Origin: an uncultured Alphaproteobacteria bacterium
Lineage (GTDB): Bacteria; Pseudomonadota; Alphaproteobacteria; UBA6615
Assembly: GCA_943787445.1 (NCBI GenBank)
Contig: CALSML010000017.1
Span: 20,137 to 84,136 of the forward strand
Direction of reading: 5' to 3'
Length of the DNA: 64,000 bases
The notes beneath the pieces are model-generated. The model was not told the DNA's origin. It worked only from the letters and a program-made list of their open reading frames with translations, and searched no databases. The position numbers and the translations under genes were made by a program. Positions 53,010 through 61,879 of the stretch are shown here, piece by piece (the stretch's first letter is position 1; the number at the start of each line of letters is the position of its first letter).

Positions 53010-54671
53010 TCAAGGACGATACCCGCAGCGCATGAACGAATGGTTAGCGTGTTCAGCGAACGAAAAGCCCGCATAGCCTGCTTCCACAACCTCCTCACAT
53101 TTCCGCACATAAGCCGGAAACCCGCCGATATAGGGCATGAAGACCCGTGGTTTTCCATCCACATTGGAGCCGAGATACCAGGACGAACAGGTCGACCGCA
53201 TCGACAGATCGGCGATCTCGTTCACATGGGCGACCCATGCCTCCTGAGCGTCGGGCTCGGGCTCGATCCGGGACATGCCCCGGGCCCGCATATCGGCCAG
53301 GCAATCGGTGATCCAGTCCACATGCTGCTCGATGGACGGAATCATGTTAGTCAGCACCGAAGGACTGCCCGGGCCGGTGATCATGAACAGATTGGGGAAT
53401 TTCGAGATGGCCAATCCCAGATAGGCCCGTGGGCCGTCTTCCCAGAGATCGCGCAGTGACGCGTTGTCGACACCGCGAATATCGATCCGTTTGAGAGCGC
53501 CTGTCATGGCATCGAAACCCGTGGCCAGGACAATCGCATCCACGTCGTAAACTGTCTCGCCCACCCGGATGCCCTCGGGCAGGATTTCATCGATGACGGT
53601 TTCACTGACATCCACCAGCGTGACATTGTCCCGGTTGTAGGTTTCGTAATAATCGGTTCCCACACACAGCCGCTTGCACATGAAGAGTTGTTTGGGCGCG
53701 AGCAGTTCAGCCATGGTGGGATCCTTCACGATCCCGCGAATCTTGTTCCGAATGAACTCGGATGCCGTTTCATTGGCTTCCTCGCTGGTCATGAAATCGG
53801 CATAGGCCGCCATGAAGGCCAGCCCACCCTCCTGCCAGCGGGATTCGTATTCGCGGTTCCGTTCGTCCTCGGACACGGCCATGGCGGATGGTCCGCCGAC
53901 CGGGAAATAGTTTCCCGAAAAGGATGCGCGCGCCTTGGCGCGCAGCGCGGGATAGTTGGCCTTGATCTCGGCCACTTTCTCGGGATCGAGGGCGCGGTTA
54001 TGGGCCGGGATCACATAATTTCCAGTCCGCTGGAACACGGTGAGATGTTTGGCCTGTTCGGCGATGACCGGAATCGACTGCACCCCAGATGACCCGGTCC
54101 CAATCACCGCAACCCGCAAACCCGAGAAATCGACACCATCCTCGGGCCAGCGCGCGGTGTGATAGACCGAACCGGAGAAGTCTTCGAGGCCCTTATATGT
54201 CGGTGTGTTCACCGCCGACAGGCACCCTGTGGCCATCACGCAGTATCGCGCCGTCAGGCTAGTGCCATCTGCCGTTTCGACCGTCCAGTTCTGCCGGTTT
54301 TCAGACCATGTGGATTTAACAACCGGTGACTCGAACTGAATGTCCGGCCAGAGTCCGAACCGATCCGCAACATGCCTGGCATAGGCGTGCAATTCCTGCT
54401 GCGACGGGTATCGCTCGGTCCATTCCCATTCCTGCTCCAGTTCACTGGAGAACTGATAGGAATAGAACATCGTCTCCGTATCGACCCGCGCGCCCGGATA
54501 GCGGTTCCAGTACCAGGTTCCGCCGACACTGCTACCCGCTTCCAGAACGCGGACACGCATCCCCTGTCCGCGCAGACGATGGAGCATGTACATCCCGGCA
54601 AATCCGGCCCCGACCACGATGGCATCAAAGTCGGTCCCGGCTCCGGCAGCATTGTCGTTCGCGTTGGTCAT
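53010..54671 (-). CDS. Baeyer-Villiger (flavin-containing, type I) monooxygenase
   Basis: 553 aa; FAD motif VVGAGFAGM, BVMO fingerprint FSGSVYHTARWP, NADPH motif VIGTGSSGVQ. Confidence 0.9.
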   Translation of the reverse strand: MTNANDNAAGAGTDFDAIVVGAGFAGMYMLHRLRGQGMRVRVLEAGSSVGGTWYWNRYPGARVDTETMFYSYQFSSELEQEWEWTERYPSQQELHAYARHVADRFGLWPDIQFESPVVKSTWSENRQNWTVETADGTSLTARYCVMATGCLSAVNTPTYKGLEDFSGSVYHTARWPEDGVDFSGLRVAVIGTGSSGVQSIPVIAEQAKHLTVFQRTGNYVIPAHNRALDPEKVAEIKANYPALRAKARASFSGNYFPVGGPSAMAVSEDERNREYESRWQEGGLAFMAAYADFMTSEEANETASEFIRNKIRGIVKDPTMAELLAPKQLFMCKRLCVGTDYYETYNRDNVTLVDVSETVIDEILPEGIRVGETVYDVDAIVLATGFDAMTGALKRIDIRGVDNASLRDLWEDGPRAYLGLAISKFPNLFMITGPGSPSVLTNMIPSIEQHVDWITDCLADMRARGMSRIEPEPDAQEAWVAHVNEIADLSMRSTCSSWYLGSNVDGKPRVFMPYIGGFPAYVRKCEEVVEAGYAGFSFAEHANHSFMRCGYRP

Positions 54672-54674
54672 CGA

Positions 54675-55700
54675 TCAGGCGCGTGCCATCTCTTGCGCCA
54701 GCGCGAGATTCTCCGTACCAGGTTGAAGTTCGCCAGCCTGAATCTGCCGTGTGATTTCCGTGATCGCAGCATTGACCGGCGCGCGTCGGCCGAGCTTTTC
54801 GCTTTCCGCGACCACAAGGCCGTTGATCAGATCGACTTCGCTGTAACGACCCTTCAGGTGATCCTGCAGGACACAGTCGCGCGCCGCCGGGCCAATATCG
54901 GCGGCCAGCTTATCGAGCAATTTCTCGAGCAGACGGTTGGTGTCCTTCACATCATCCTCTGTGAGGCCAAAGATCGGCTGAATTTCGTGGCCAATGGACT
55001 GGCCGACTGACAGGGCTTCGGTTCCGGCCTGCAGCGCGAAGTCCTTCATGCCCGGCAGCTTGACCGCCTCGTAAAGCGTCAGCCCGAGCATCGCAAAAGG
55101 CCCCAGACACATGGTGTTGACCACCAGCTTCATCCATTTGGCCGCGATGATTTCGGGTGAAATCGAGACCTTGCCCGCATGTTTGAGGAGTTCCTCGATC
55201 TCGGCCTCCCGGCCGTCGGTCGATTCATGAATGCTGCCCAAACCAAACCATGTGTGTTCCGGCGGAGTGTTACGTTGCACTTCACCCGGTGTGAAAATTT
55301 CCGAGGAGAGCTCCACCACGCAACCGATGGTGCGCGACGGACCGACAATGTCCACGATGTCATCGAGCATCATCGCGTTCTGGATGCCCACCAGCAGACC
55401 ATCTTCCTTGAGATAGGGTTTGATGATCTCACACGCCCAGCGCGTGTCGTAGGCCTTCACCAACAGGAAGACGACATCGAAATGGCGATTGAGGGCAGCC
55501 AGATCACTCAGGTGATAGGCATCAACTTCCACATACACCTCTTCCTCGGGCATGCGGATCGTCAATCCCTTGGCACGCATGGTTTCGACATGCTCGGCCC
55601 ACTGGTCGATCATTGTGACGTCATGGCCGGTGCGAATCAGATCGGCGGCGACCGAACTGCCATTTGCGCCGGTGCCGAGGACCGCGATTTTCTTGCTCAT
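54675..55700 (-). CDS. 2-dehydropantoate 2-reductase (ApbA/PanE) family oxidoreductase
   Basis: 341 aa; N-terminal IAVLGTGANGS Rossmann; 3 nt upstream of the BVMO start. Confidence 0.8.
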   Translation of the reverse strand: MSKKIAVLGTGANGSSVAADLIRTGHDVTMIDQWAEHVETMRAKGLTIRMPEEEVYVEVDAYHLSDLAALNRHFDVVFLLVKAYDTRWACEIIKPYLKEDGLLVGIQNAMMLDDIVDIVGPSRTIGCVVELSSEIFTPGEVQRNTPPEHTWFGLGSIHESTDGREAEIEELLKHAGKVSISPEIIAAKWMKLVVNTMCLGPFAMLGLTLYEAVKLPGMKDFALQAGTEALSVGQSIGHEIQPIFGLTEDDVKDTNRLLEKLLDKLAADIGPAARDCVLQDHLKGRYSEVDLINGLVVAESEKLGRRAPVNAAITEITRQIQAGELQPGTENLALAQEMARA

Positions 55701-55832
55701 ACATTCCCCCCTGATCGACCAAATCCGGCCGATATTGTTTGTTACCGGTATTCTAGTCGCAATGACGCGGAATCAAAGACCCGTCATTCATGATCCTGAC
55801 CCTGGGATTCGCGTTCCGCTGCACCCTGAAAT

Positions 55833-55864
55833 GAAAAAGGGCAGGCCCATACCGGCCCTGCCCC
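55833..55864 (-). terminator. rho-independent terminator after the FAH-family gene
   Basis: Stem gggcagg (55839-55845) pairs with cctgccc (55857-55863), followed on the minus strand by TTTTT (complement of 55834-55838). Confidence 0.6.
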
Positions 55865-55888
55865 TTCCGAAGTACATCGAGTTCGCGT

Positions 55889-56818
55889 CTAGGACGCGTA
55901 TTTGCCCGTCAGCTGTGGCGTGAATCGTCCTTCCAGCCCCTGAGAGGTATGTTCCAGACGGGTCACCCGGGCCCAGGTCCGGTTCAGATCGTCCCGGACA
56001 TTGATCGTCAGACGACCGCAGCCCTCGATCTCCAGCTCGACCTTGTCGCCGCCCTGGAACGGGTTCAGCCCGCGATGGTTGGTGCCGGTGGCAATTATAT
56101 CGCCGGGCTCGAGCGGATGGATCGCGCTGAGATACTCAATGATGCGCGGAATCTTGTGCGCCATATCATTGGTATTGAAGTCCTGCATCAGGTCGCCGTT
56201 TACCCAGAGTTTGACGTCCAGATTCTGAGGGTCCTCGAACTCGTCAGCAGTCACGAGATACGGCCCAATCGGCGCGAATGTGGCCCGGGACTTTCCTTCG
56301 AAGAACACATTGAAGGGCGTCGGCATTTCACGGGCCGAACCATCGATGAAGTTGAAGTAGCCAAAGATGTAATCCATGGCCTCGGAGGCCGGAACATTTT
56401 CGGCGCGCTTGCTGATGACCAGTCCCAGCTCGGCTTCACCTTCGAAAATCGAGGCCGGAATATCCTGCAACACCATGGTGTCACCATCACCAATGATTGT
56501 GCTGCTGGCCTTGTGAAACGCGTTGATCTGCGCCGGCGCCGGCAGCGTGCCGTTCTCCATGTAATTGACCGCCATGCAGTCGATATTACCCGGACGAGGA
56601 AGCGGCGGACGAATGCGCACATCCTTGAGAGGAATGCCGTCCCCGGCAGCCACGGCCTTTTCCAGACGTTCGCGATAGTCATCAAATCTTGCGATCAGTC
56701 CGCTGATCAGATCATGGGGGCCGGTGTGCGGAATGTCCTGAACCTCGCCAGACACATCCACGACGTCATCGCCTCGCAGGACGCCAAGCCGGAAATCATC
56801 AAAATAGAGAATTTTCAT
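55889..56818 (-). CDS. fumarylacetoacetate hydrolase (FAH) family protein
   Basis: 309 aa; C-terminal FAH fold signature IIATGTNHRGLNPFQGGDKVELEIEGCGRLTINV. Confidence 0.88.
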   Translation of the reverse strand: MKILYFDDFRLGVLRGDDVVDVSGEVQDIPHTGPHDLISGLIARFDDYRERLEKAVAAGDGIPLKDVRIRPPLPRPGNIDCMAVNYMENGTLPAPAQINAFHKASSTIIGDGDTMVLQDIPASIFEGEAELGLVISKRAENVPASEAMDYIFGYFNFIDGSAREMPTPFNVFFEGKSRATFAPIGPYLVTADEFEDPQNLDVKLWVNGDLMQDFNTNDMAHKIPRIIEYLSAIHPLEPGDIIATGTNHRGLNPFQGGDKVELEIEGCGRLTINVRDDLNRTWARVTRLEHTSQGLEGRFTPQLTGKYAS

Positions 56819-56990
56819 TTGTTCCCCTTACCCTTCAATATTGTTCTGTTCGTATTGGATCTGGTTGTAGCAGACCCGTATCGGACAATGCGACAGCCAT
56901 CATCACCCCTCTCGCCAGCGATAAGACGATAGGCTAGCTTCTGCCGGAACCACACCCCATTGAACGCTGGATTCGAAGGACGAAATCACC

Positions 56991-57923
56991 ATGAAAGCCT
57001 CATATATCGAACAACATGGCGGCCCGGACATCCAGATTTATGGTGACCTGCCTGACCCTGTCGCAGGCCCCGGTGAAGTCATCGTCGATATCCATGCCGC
57101 GACGGTCAATGCCGCCGACGCCAAGGTGCGCGCAGGCGGCACTTATGGCGAGCTGGACAGCTTCCCCTATATCCTCGGTCGTGATTTCTCCGGCGTGGTC
57201 AGTGCACTGGGTGACGGCGTCACGGATTTTGCCGTGGGCGATGCCGTCTTTGGCGCCTGTGATCGTGGTCAGGAAGGCACCTATGCGGAAAAGATCGCCA
57301 TGAAGGCAGCGATCATCGCGAAAAAGCCCGATGGCGTGAGCCACATCGAGGCCGCGTGTCTGACCCTGACCGGGCTGACCGCGATTATCTCCGTCGAGGA
57401 AACTCTGAAACTCCAATCCGATGAAACCATTCTGATCCAGGGGGGCGCAGGCGGCGTCGCCGGATTTGCCATCGAACTGGCCAAGCATCTCGGCGGCCAT
57501 GTCATCACAACCTGTAGCACCGCAAATGTGGACTATGTGAAGAGTCTGGGGGCCGGTCAGGTGATCGATTACACCAAGGAGGATTTCACCGAGATTCTCT
57601 CGGATGTGGACTGTGTGTTCGAAACCGTAGGTGGACCGGTCAACGCGAAATCCTTCGAAGTGGTCAAATCCGGTGGGCGGGTTGCCTCCATCGCGTCGGG
57701 CATGCAGGCACCGCCCTCGCCCCGCGAGGATGTCGCCTCCCTGCGTCCGGCCGTGGGCCGTGACCGGCCGCATCTCGAACGCATCATGGAGCTGTTTCTG
57801 TCAGGTGTCGTGCAGGCGCCGCCGGTGAAAACCTTCACCCTCGAAGAAGCTCCCGAGGCACACCGTATCAGCGAAGGACGTCACCTGCGCGGCAAGCTGG
57901 TCTTCGTGGTCAAAGAGGACTGA
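56991..57923 (+). CDS. NADPH:quinone oxidoreductase-like medium-chain dehydrogenase/reductase
   Basis: 310 aa; GGAGGVAGFAIELAK cofactor motif; no structural-zinc Cys cluster. Confidence 0.88.
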   Translation: MKASYIEQHGGPDIQIYGDLPDPVAGPGEVIVDIHAATVNAADAKVRAGGTYGELDSFPYILGRDFSGVVSALGDGVTDFAVGDAVFGACDRGQEGTYAEKIAMKAAIIAKKPDGVSHIEAACLTLTGLTAIISVEETLKLQSDETILIQGGAGGVAGFAIELAKHLGGHVITTCSTANVDYVKSLGAGQVIDYTKEDFTEILSDVDCVFETVGGPVNAKSFEVVKSGGRVASIASGMQAPPSPREDVASLRPAVGRDRPHLERIMELFLSGVVQAPPVKTFTLEEAPEAHRISEGRHLRGKLVFVVKED

Positions 57924-58237
57924 TGCTCTACATCATCTATCAGGAAGACGGGCCGGACTCGCAGGTGCTCCGCGAGGCGCACAAGCCGGCCCATTTTGCC
58001 TATCTCAAGGAGCACGAGGATATTCTTGTGCTCGGTGGCGCCATGCTCGGCGAAGATGATGAAACCCGAATTGGCAGTGTGCTGATTCTCAATGTGCCCG
58101 ATCGCGCTGCCGCTGAAGCCTTCTCGGCCAACGAACCCCTCCGGAAGGCCGGCACCTTCGCCAGCGTGAAGATCACCCGCATGCGCCGCGGCCAGTGGAA
58201 CCCGGACGCCGCGCCCAAAACCGCCGAAGGCAATTAG
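57923..58237 (+). CDS. YciI family protein
   Basis: 104 aa; start overlaps the preceding stop; YciI-like HFAYLKEHEDILVLGGAM and DRAAAEAFSANEP. Confidence 0.8.
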   Translation: MLYIIYQEDGPDSQVLREAHKPAHFAYLKEHEDILVLGGAMLGEDDETRIGSVLILNVPDRAAAEAFSANEPLRKAGTFASVKITRMRRGQWNPDAAPKTAEGN

Positions 58238-58341
58238 CAGATCGGTTCAGGAGATCGCCCGGGGCAGCCACAGGGCCAGACCCGGCAGGAACACGACACC
58301 GGTGATCGCCCAAAATCGGGACCAACACCGTTGGACGTGGA

Positions 58342-59988
58342 TTAGGCATAGAGTTCCGGATCCGGAGCCGGGCGCCCCAAAATCATGTCAGCAGCCTTCT
58401 CCGCGATCATCACTGTGGGGGCATGGGTGTTACCCCCGACCAGGCTCGGCATCACCGAAGCATCCACAACCCGCAGATTTTCCGCGCCGCGCACCATGAG
58501 CGCTTCATCCACGACGGCGGCATCATCACTTCCCATACGGCAGGTGCCGACAGGGTGATACACCGTCCCTCCGGTTGCCCGGACGAAGGCATCGATATCC
58601 GCATCGGAACGGACTTTCGGATCGGGCCAGATCTCACCATCGCTCAGACGCTTCAGGCTGGGTTGGTGCATCACCTCCCGCATGGCCTTGAAAGCGTCCC
58701 GCATGGTTTCCCGGTCACGGGCTTCGGAGAGGTAGTTAGGCTGAATGACCGGGGTCTCGCGGGGATCGTCCGAACGTAGCCGGATATGGCCCTGGCTCTC
58801 GGGCCGCAGCTGACAGACATGGCACATGAACGCGTCGGGGCGTGTGTGATCATCGGAATGGCTGGCAAACGGTCGCCGGATCAGGGACAGCAGATTGCCC
58901 GCGCTGAAATGGAACTGGGCATCCGGGATATCGAGTGTGTCGGATGTGCGGATGAACGCACCCCCTTCCAGCGGAAAGGCCGCGGCCGGTCCGGTACGGG
59001 TGAGGACCGCGCGAGCCATCGAAACCGCCCCGCGCTCTAGGCGTACAAGCTCGTCCGTCAGGGTGCGTGTCTTCGAAGCATGCACCGTGTGAACACAGAA
59101 ATGATCCTGCAGATTGCCACCCACAGCAGCACGGTCGACCCGTGTTGCAATCCCCAGCTGACCCAGCTCATCGGCGGGTCCGATGCCCGAGAGCATCAGC
59201 AATTGCGGCGAGTTGATCACCCCGCCGGACAGGATGACCTCGCGGGCGGCGTACACCGTGATCTCGTCCCGGCCATGCGCATATTGTACGCCGATCGCTC
59301 GGTCGTTCTCGAACAGGATATGCTGGGTCAGCGCTTCCGTTTCCACCGTGAGATTGGGACGGGAGAGGACCGGCTTCAGATAGGCAGAAGCCGCGCTCCA
59401 GCGCCGCCCGTTACGGATATTGAACTGGTAGCGTCCGAACCCCTCCTGTTCCGCCCCATTGAAATCCGGGTTGGCCGGATAGCCCGCCTCGACCCCGGAG
59501 GCCACAAAGGCATCGAACAGGTCATGATCATGGGTCGAATCTCCCACATGGAGCGGGCCATCTTTCCCGTGGAAGGCATCAGCGCCACGAACATTGCCCT
59601 CCGCCCGTTTGAAATAGGGCAGCACATCCCCATAGGACCAGCCCGAAATCCCCTGCTGGCGCCACAGGTCATAATCGCGCGCATGACCGCGGATATAGAT
59701 CATCCCGTTGAGCGAGGATGACCCGCCCAGCGTCTTGCCCCGGGGCCAGAGAATGCGGCGATTGTCCAGATGAGCCTGTGGCTCGGTCTCGTATTTCCAG
59801 TTGTATCTGGCCTTGGGGATGATCTTCCCATTGCCCACCGGAATGTGGATCAGGGCATGGCGATCCCGCGGCCCCGCCTCCAGCAGAAGCACGCGCAGAT
59901 CAGGGTCCGCACTCAGCCGGTTCGCGAGAACACAGCCGGCACTCCCCGCACCGACGATGATGTAATCGTATTCCATGTGTGACGGCAT
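58342..59988 (-). CDS. GMC family (choline dehydrogenase-like) oxidoreductase, intact
   Basis: 548 aa; YDYIIVGAGSAGCVLANRL, RPESQGHIRLRSDDP, HPVGTCRMG; intact paralogue-type comparator for the broken GMC gene at 20575. Confidence 0.92.
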   Translation of the reverse strand: MPSHMEYDYIIVGAGSAGCVLANRLSADPDLRVLLLEAGPRDRHALIHIPVGNGKIIPKARYNWKYETEPQAHLDNRRILWPRGKTLGGSSSLNGMIYIRGHARDYDLWRQQGISGWSYGDVLPYFKRAEGNVRGADAFHGKDGPLHVGDSTHDHDLFDAFVASGVEAGYPANPDFNGAEQEGFGRYQFNIRNGRRWSAASAYLKPVLSRPNLTVETEALTQHILFENDRAIGVQYAHGRDEITVYAAREVILSGGVINSPQLLMLSGIGPADELGQLGIATRVDRAAVGGNLQDHFCVHTVHASKTRTLTDELVRLERGAVSMARAVLTRTGPAAAFPLEGGAFIRTSDTLDIPDAQFHFSAGNLLSLIRRPFASHSDDHTRPDAFMCHVCQLRPESQGHIRLRSDDPRETPVIQPNYLSEARDRETMRDAFKAMREVMHQPSLKRLSDGEIWPDPKVRSDADIDAFVRATGGTVYHPVGTCRMGSDDAAVVDEALMVRGAENLRVVDASVMPSLVGGNTHAPTVMIAEKAADMILGRPAPDPELYA

Positions 59989-60200
59989 ATTTAGTCTCAG
60001 ACTCCGAGCAGATGACGATGTCGCATTGACTTTTCCCTCAATCTGACTTTTCTTATAACTATTGCTACGGCAATCCTGGCACCACGGCCCAGAACAAAAT
60101 TATTCAGCGTATTCAGAATGTTACGCTGATTTGCTCAATTTTGACAAATTGGGCAGGAATTCATTTTGCGCCGCCTAAGGTCCGGATAGATGTCATTTTA

Positions 60201-60262
60201 TGACGTCTGCGCCCTTGTGACGCAGACGTTGGAAGTCGTGACGCAGCCCTCCGGGCGCGTCA
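60201..60262 (+). promoter_or_regulatory. array of TGACG(C/T) motifs and a 9-bp hairpin upstream of a small Cys4 ORF
   Basis: tgacgt at 60201, gtgacgcag at 60217-60225 and again at 60238-60246 (21-nt spacing), inverted gcgtca at 60257-60262; acgtctgcg (60203-60211) pairs with cgcagacgt (60221-60229). Confidence 0.35.
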
Positions 60263-60280
60263 TCTGAAAGGAAACAGGTT

Positions 60281-60487
60281 GTGAGCGAGACCAGTCCAGA
60301 ACTGCAGCGTACGAGTGCAGTTCCCGCAGAGATCGACGGTGAATTGGAACAGGCCGGGCGTGCCCGGGCTGACGGTGATGCACCGAGTGAGCGCCCCTGC
60401 ATGATGTGCGGCAACAAATTCGAAAGCGAAGGCTGGCACAATCGCCTGTGCGGGAGTTGCCGCAAACGGAGTGCGCCTCTCGGCTGA
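60281..60487 (+). CDS. small Cys4 (CxxC...CxxC) zinc-ribbon-like protein
   Basis: 68-aa ORF, GTG start 8 nt after AGGAAA; C-terminal PCMMCGNKFESEGWHNRLCGSCRKR; competes with a longer antisense ORF that lacks any motif. Confidence 0.5.
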   Translation: MSETSPELQRTSAVPAEIDGELEQAGRARADGDAPSERPCMMCGNKFESEGWHNRLCGSCRKRSAPLG

Positions 60488-60671
60488 CGCCAAAGCGAAA
60501 CCTGCACTTCAGGATAATCGGCAACTTTATCCAAACTCGAAGTGCTGCGGTCCACTTTCCCACCGAATAGTTCACAACCGATCATAGCCCTCATGCACTC
60601 ACAAGCGTGAGTTCGCGTGGTTTTGCTGCGCGCCATGTATTTCTAGGGTGTCGCCTTAACCAGATGCGAGG

Positions 60672-61375
60672 TTAGACTGTCCAGCCCCCAAGTTCTGGGC
60701 CATTCCTGATTAGAGTTTCTGGAACAGGAGGGCGCATGTTGAGGGCCTGATGTGGACGGATGTGATTGTACTGTCTCAGCCACTGGTTGATGACGACCTG
60801 AGCCTGCTTTGTTGTGGTGAACCATTCGGCGTTGAGCACCTCGCGGCTCAGAGTTCCGTTAAATCGTTCGTTGTATCCATTCTCCCAGGGTGACCCGGGA
60901 TAGATCCGGATAGGCTTGATACCGACCCTTGCCAGCCAGTCCTGCATCGCTTCCGCGACGAACTCGGGGCCATTGTCGGAACGGATATATTCTGGAGTGC
61001 CGCGGCGCAGGAGTAGCGGGTAGAGCGCCTCAAGAATACCCTCAGCTCCCATCCTGGTGCGAACCGCGACCGCTAGAGCCTGACGGGTGTACTCGTCGAG
61101 AACTGTCAGCATCTTGTAACTCCGACCGCTGTCGAGCTTGTCGTGTACAAAGTCGATGCTCCAGACGTGGTTCGGATGGGTCGGCCGCAGCCGTATGATC
61201 GAAGCATCCTTGTGGTAGAGCCGTCGGCGCTTCTTGTGCCGTTGCGGCATTTGAAGGCCTTCTTCGCGCCAGTCCGATCACCCGGCATGTCCGTCTCTCT
61301 GACGTCGCGAGCTTCTGACGCGTATGGATCACGGCCTGACGGAGCTGCTCTGTCGTCAGGCCCTGAGCTTTAGGT
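60672..61375 (-). pseudogene. IS3-family transposase OrfB (DDE/rve), N-terminal region deleted
   Basis: The -1 frame after orfA reads LTTEQLRQAVIHTRQKLATSERRTCRVIGLAR, then jumps out of frame into REEGLQMPQRHKKRRRLY, HVWSIDF, SDNGPEF and PWENGYNERFNG (ORF 60672-61250). About 70 residues normally between these blocks are missing. Confidence 0.8.
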
Positions 61376-61697
61376 GGGTCAGGCTTTCCTTGAGGATCAG
61401 CTTGTCGAGTTCGAGTTCCGCGACGATCTTCTTCAGCCGCACATTCTCTTTCTCAAGAGCGCGAAGTTCCGACAGTTGAGACTTCCCCATCCCGCCAAAC
61501 CGCTTGTGCCAGTTGTAGTAAGTGGCATCATTAATACCCACGCCACGACAGGCCGACGGCACGTCACTGCCAGTCGACAGCTTCACCTCAATCTCACGCA
61601 GCAGCTTGAGTATGTCCTCATCCGAATAACGTTTCCGAGCCATCACATCACCCTTCAGTCTCTGAAAATAGTGGCCCAGTTTTAGGGGGGAAGGACA
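60678..61697 (-). mobile_element. IS3-family insertion sequence, internally deleted (1,020 bp), flanked by a 4-bp AGAC target-site duplication
   Basis: Termini TGTCC...GGACA. Imperfect inverted repeats share TGTCC, CCCCC and CTGGGCCA blocks. AGAC occurs at 60674-60677 and 61698-61701. The element carries orfA and a broken orfB. Confidence 0.85.
61356..61643 (-). CDS. IS3-family transposase OrfA (HTH)
   Basis: MARKRYSDEDILKLLREIEV, DATYYNWHKRFGGMGKSQLSELRALEKENVRLKKIVAELELDKLILKE; typical IS3 OrfA with a leucine-zipper end. Confidence 0.85.
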   Translation of the reverse strand: MARKRYSDEDILKLLREIEVKLSTGSDVPSACRGVGINDATYYNWHKRFGGMGKSQLSELRALEKENVRLKKIVAELELDKLILKESLTHLKLRA

Positions 61698-61773
61698 AGA
61701 CCATGAAGCTGCAGCTTTGGACGCAAAATCCGAGGACGCACGCATCAAACTGCCAACACCGCCTGCGCCCGTA

Positions 61774-61809
61774 AACAACAACAATAATAGTAACAACAAC
61801 AGCAGCAGC
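61774..61809. repeat. trinucleotide low-complexity tract (AAC)3(AAT)2AGT(AAC)3(AGC)3
   Basis: Read directly; strikingly A-rich for this GC-rich window; 73 nt beyond the IS end. Confidence 0.85.
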
Positions 61810-61879
61810 TCCGGAAACGACGGCTTCCGCTAGAGACGCGGGCTTCAGCCTATTTCTGTCGCCGACACGCTATCTCCGG

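Noticed and set aside
60193-60636. 147-aa minus-strand ORF overlapping the Cys4 ORF
   Set aside because: It has no motif, an Arg/Ser/Leu-rich composition and no RBS. The plus-strand 68-aa ORF has an AGGAAA RBS and a CxxC...CxxC pattern, although neither ORF is proven.
17996-61697. A genomic island integrated at tRNA-Ser and bounded by the IS3 element
   Set aside because: There is no integrase next to the tRNA. I found no convincing direct repeat of the tRNA 3' end at the distal side; only a 7-mer ccctccg at 60247-60253 matches, which is expected by chance. Base composition looks like the core block.
61703-61833. The Asn/Ser-rich mini-ORF as a RiPP precursor
   Set aside because: No modification enzyme, protease or exporter genes are adjacent. 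There is no ATG/GTG start or convincing RBS. It is recorded only as a compositional oddity.
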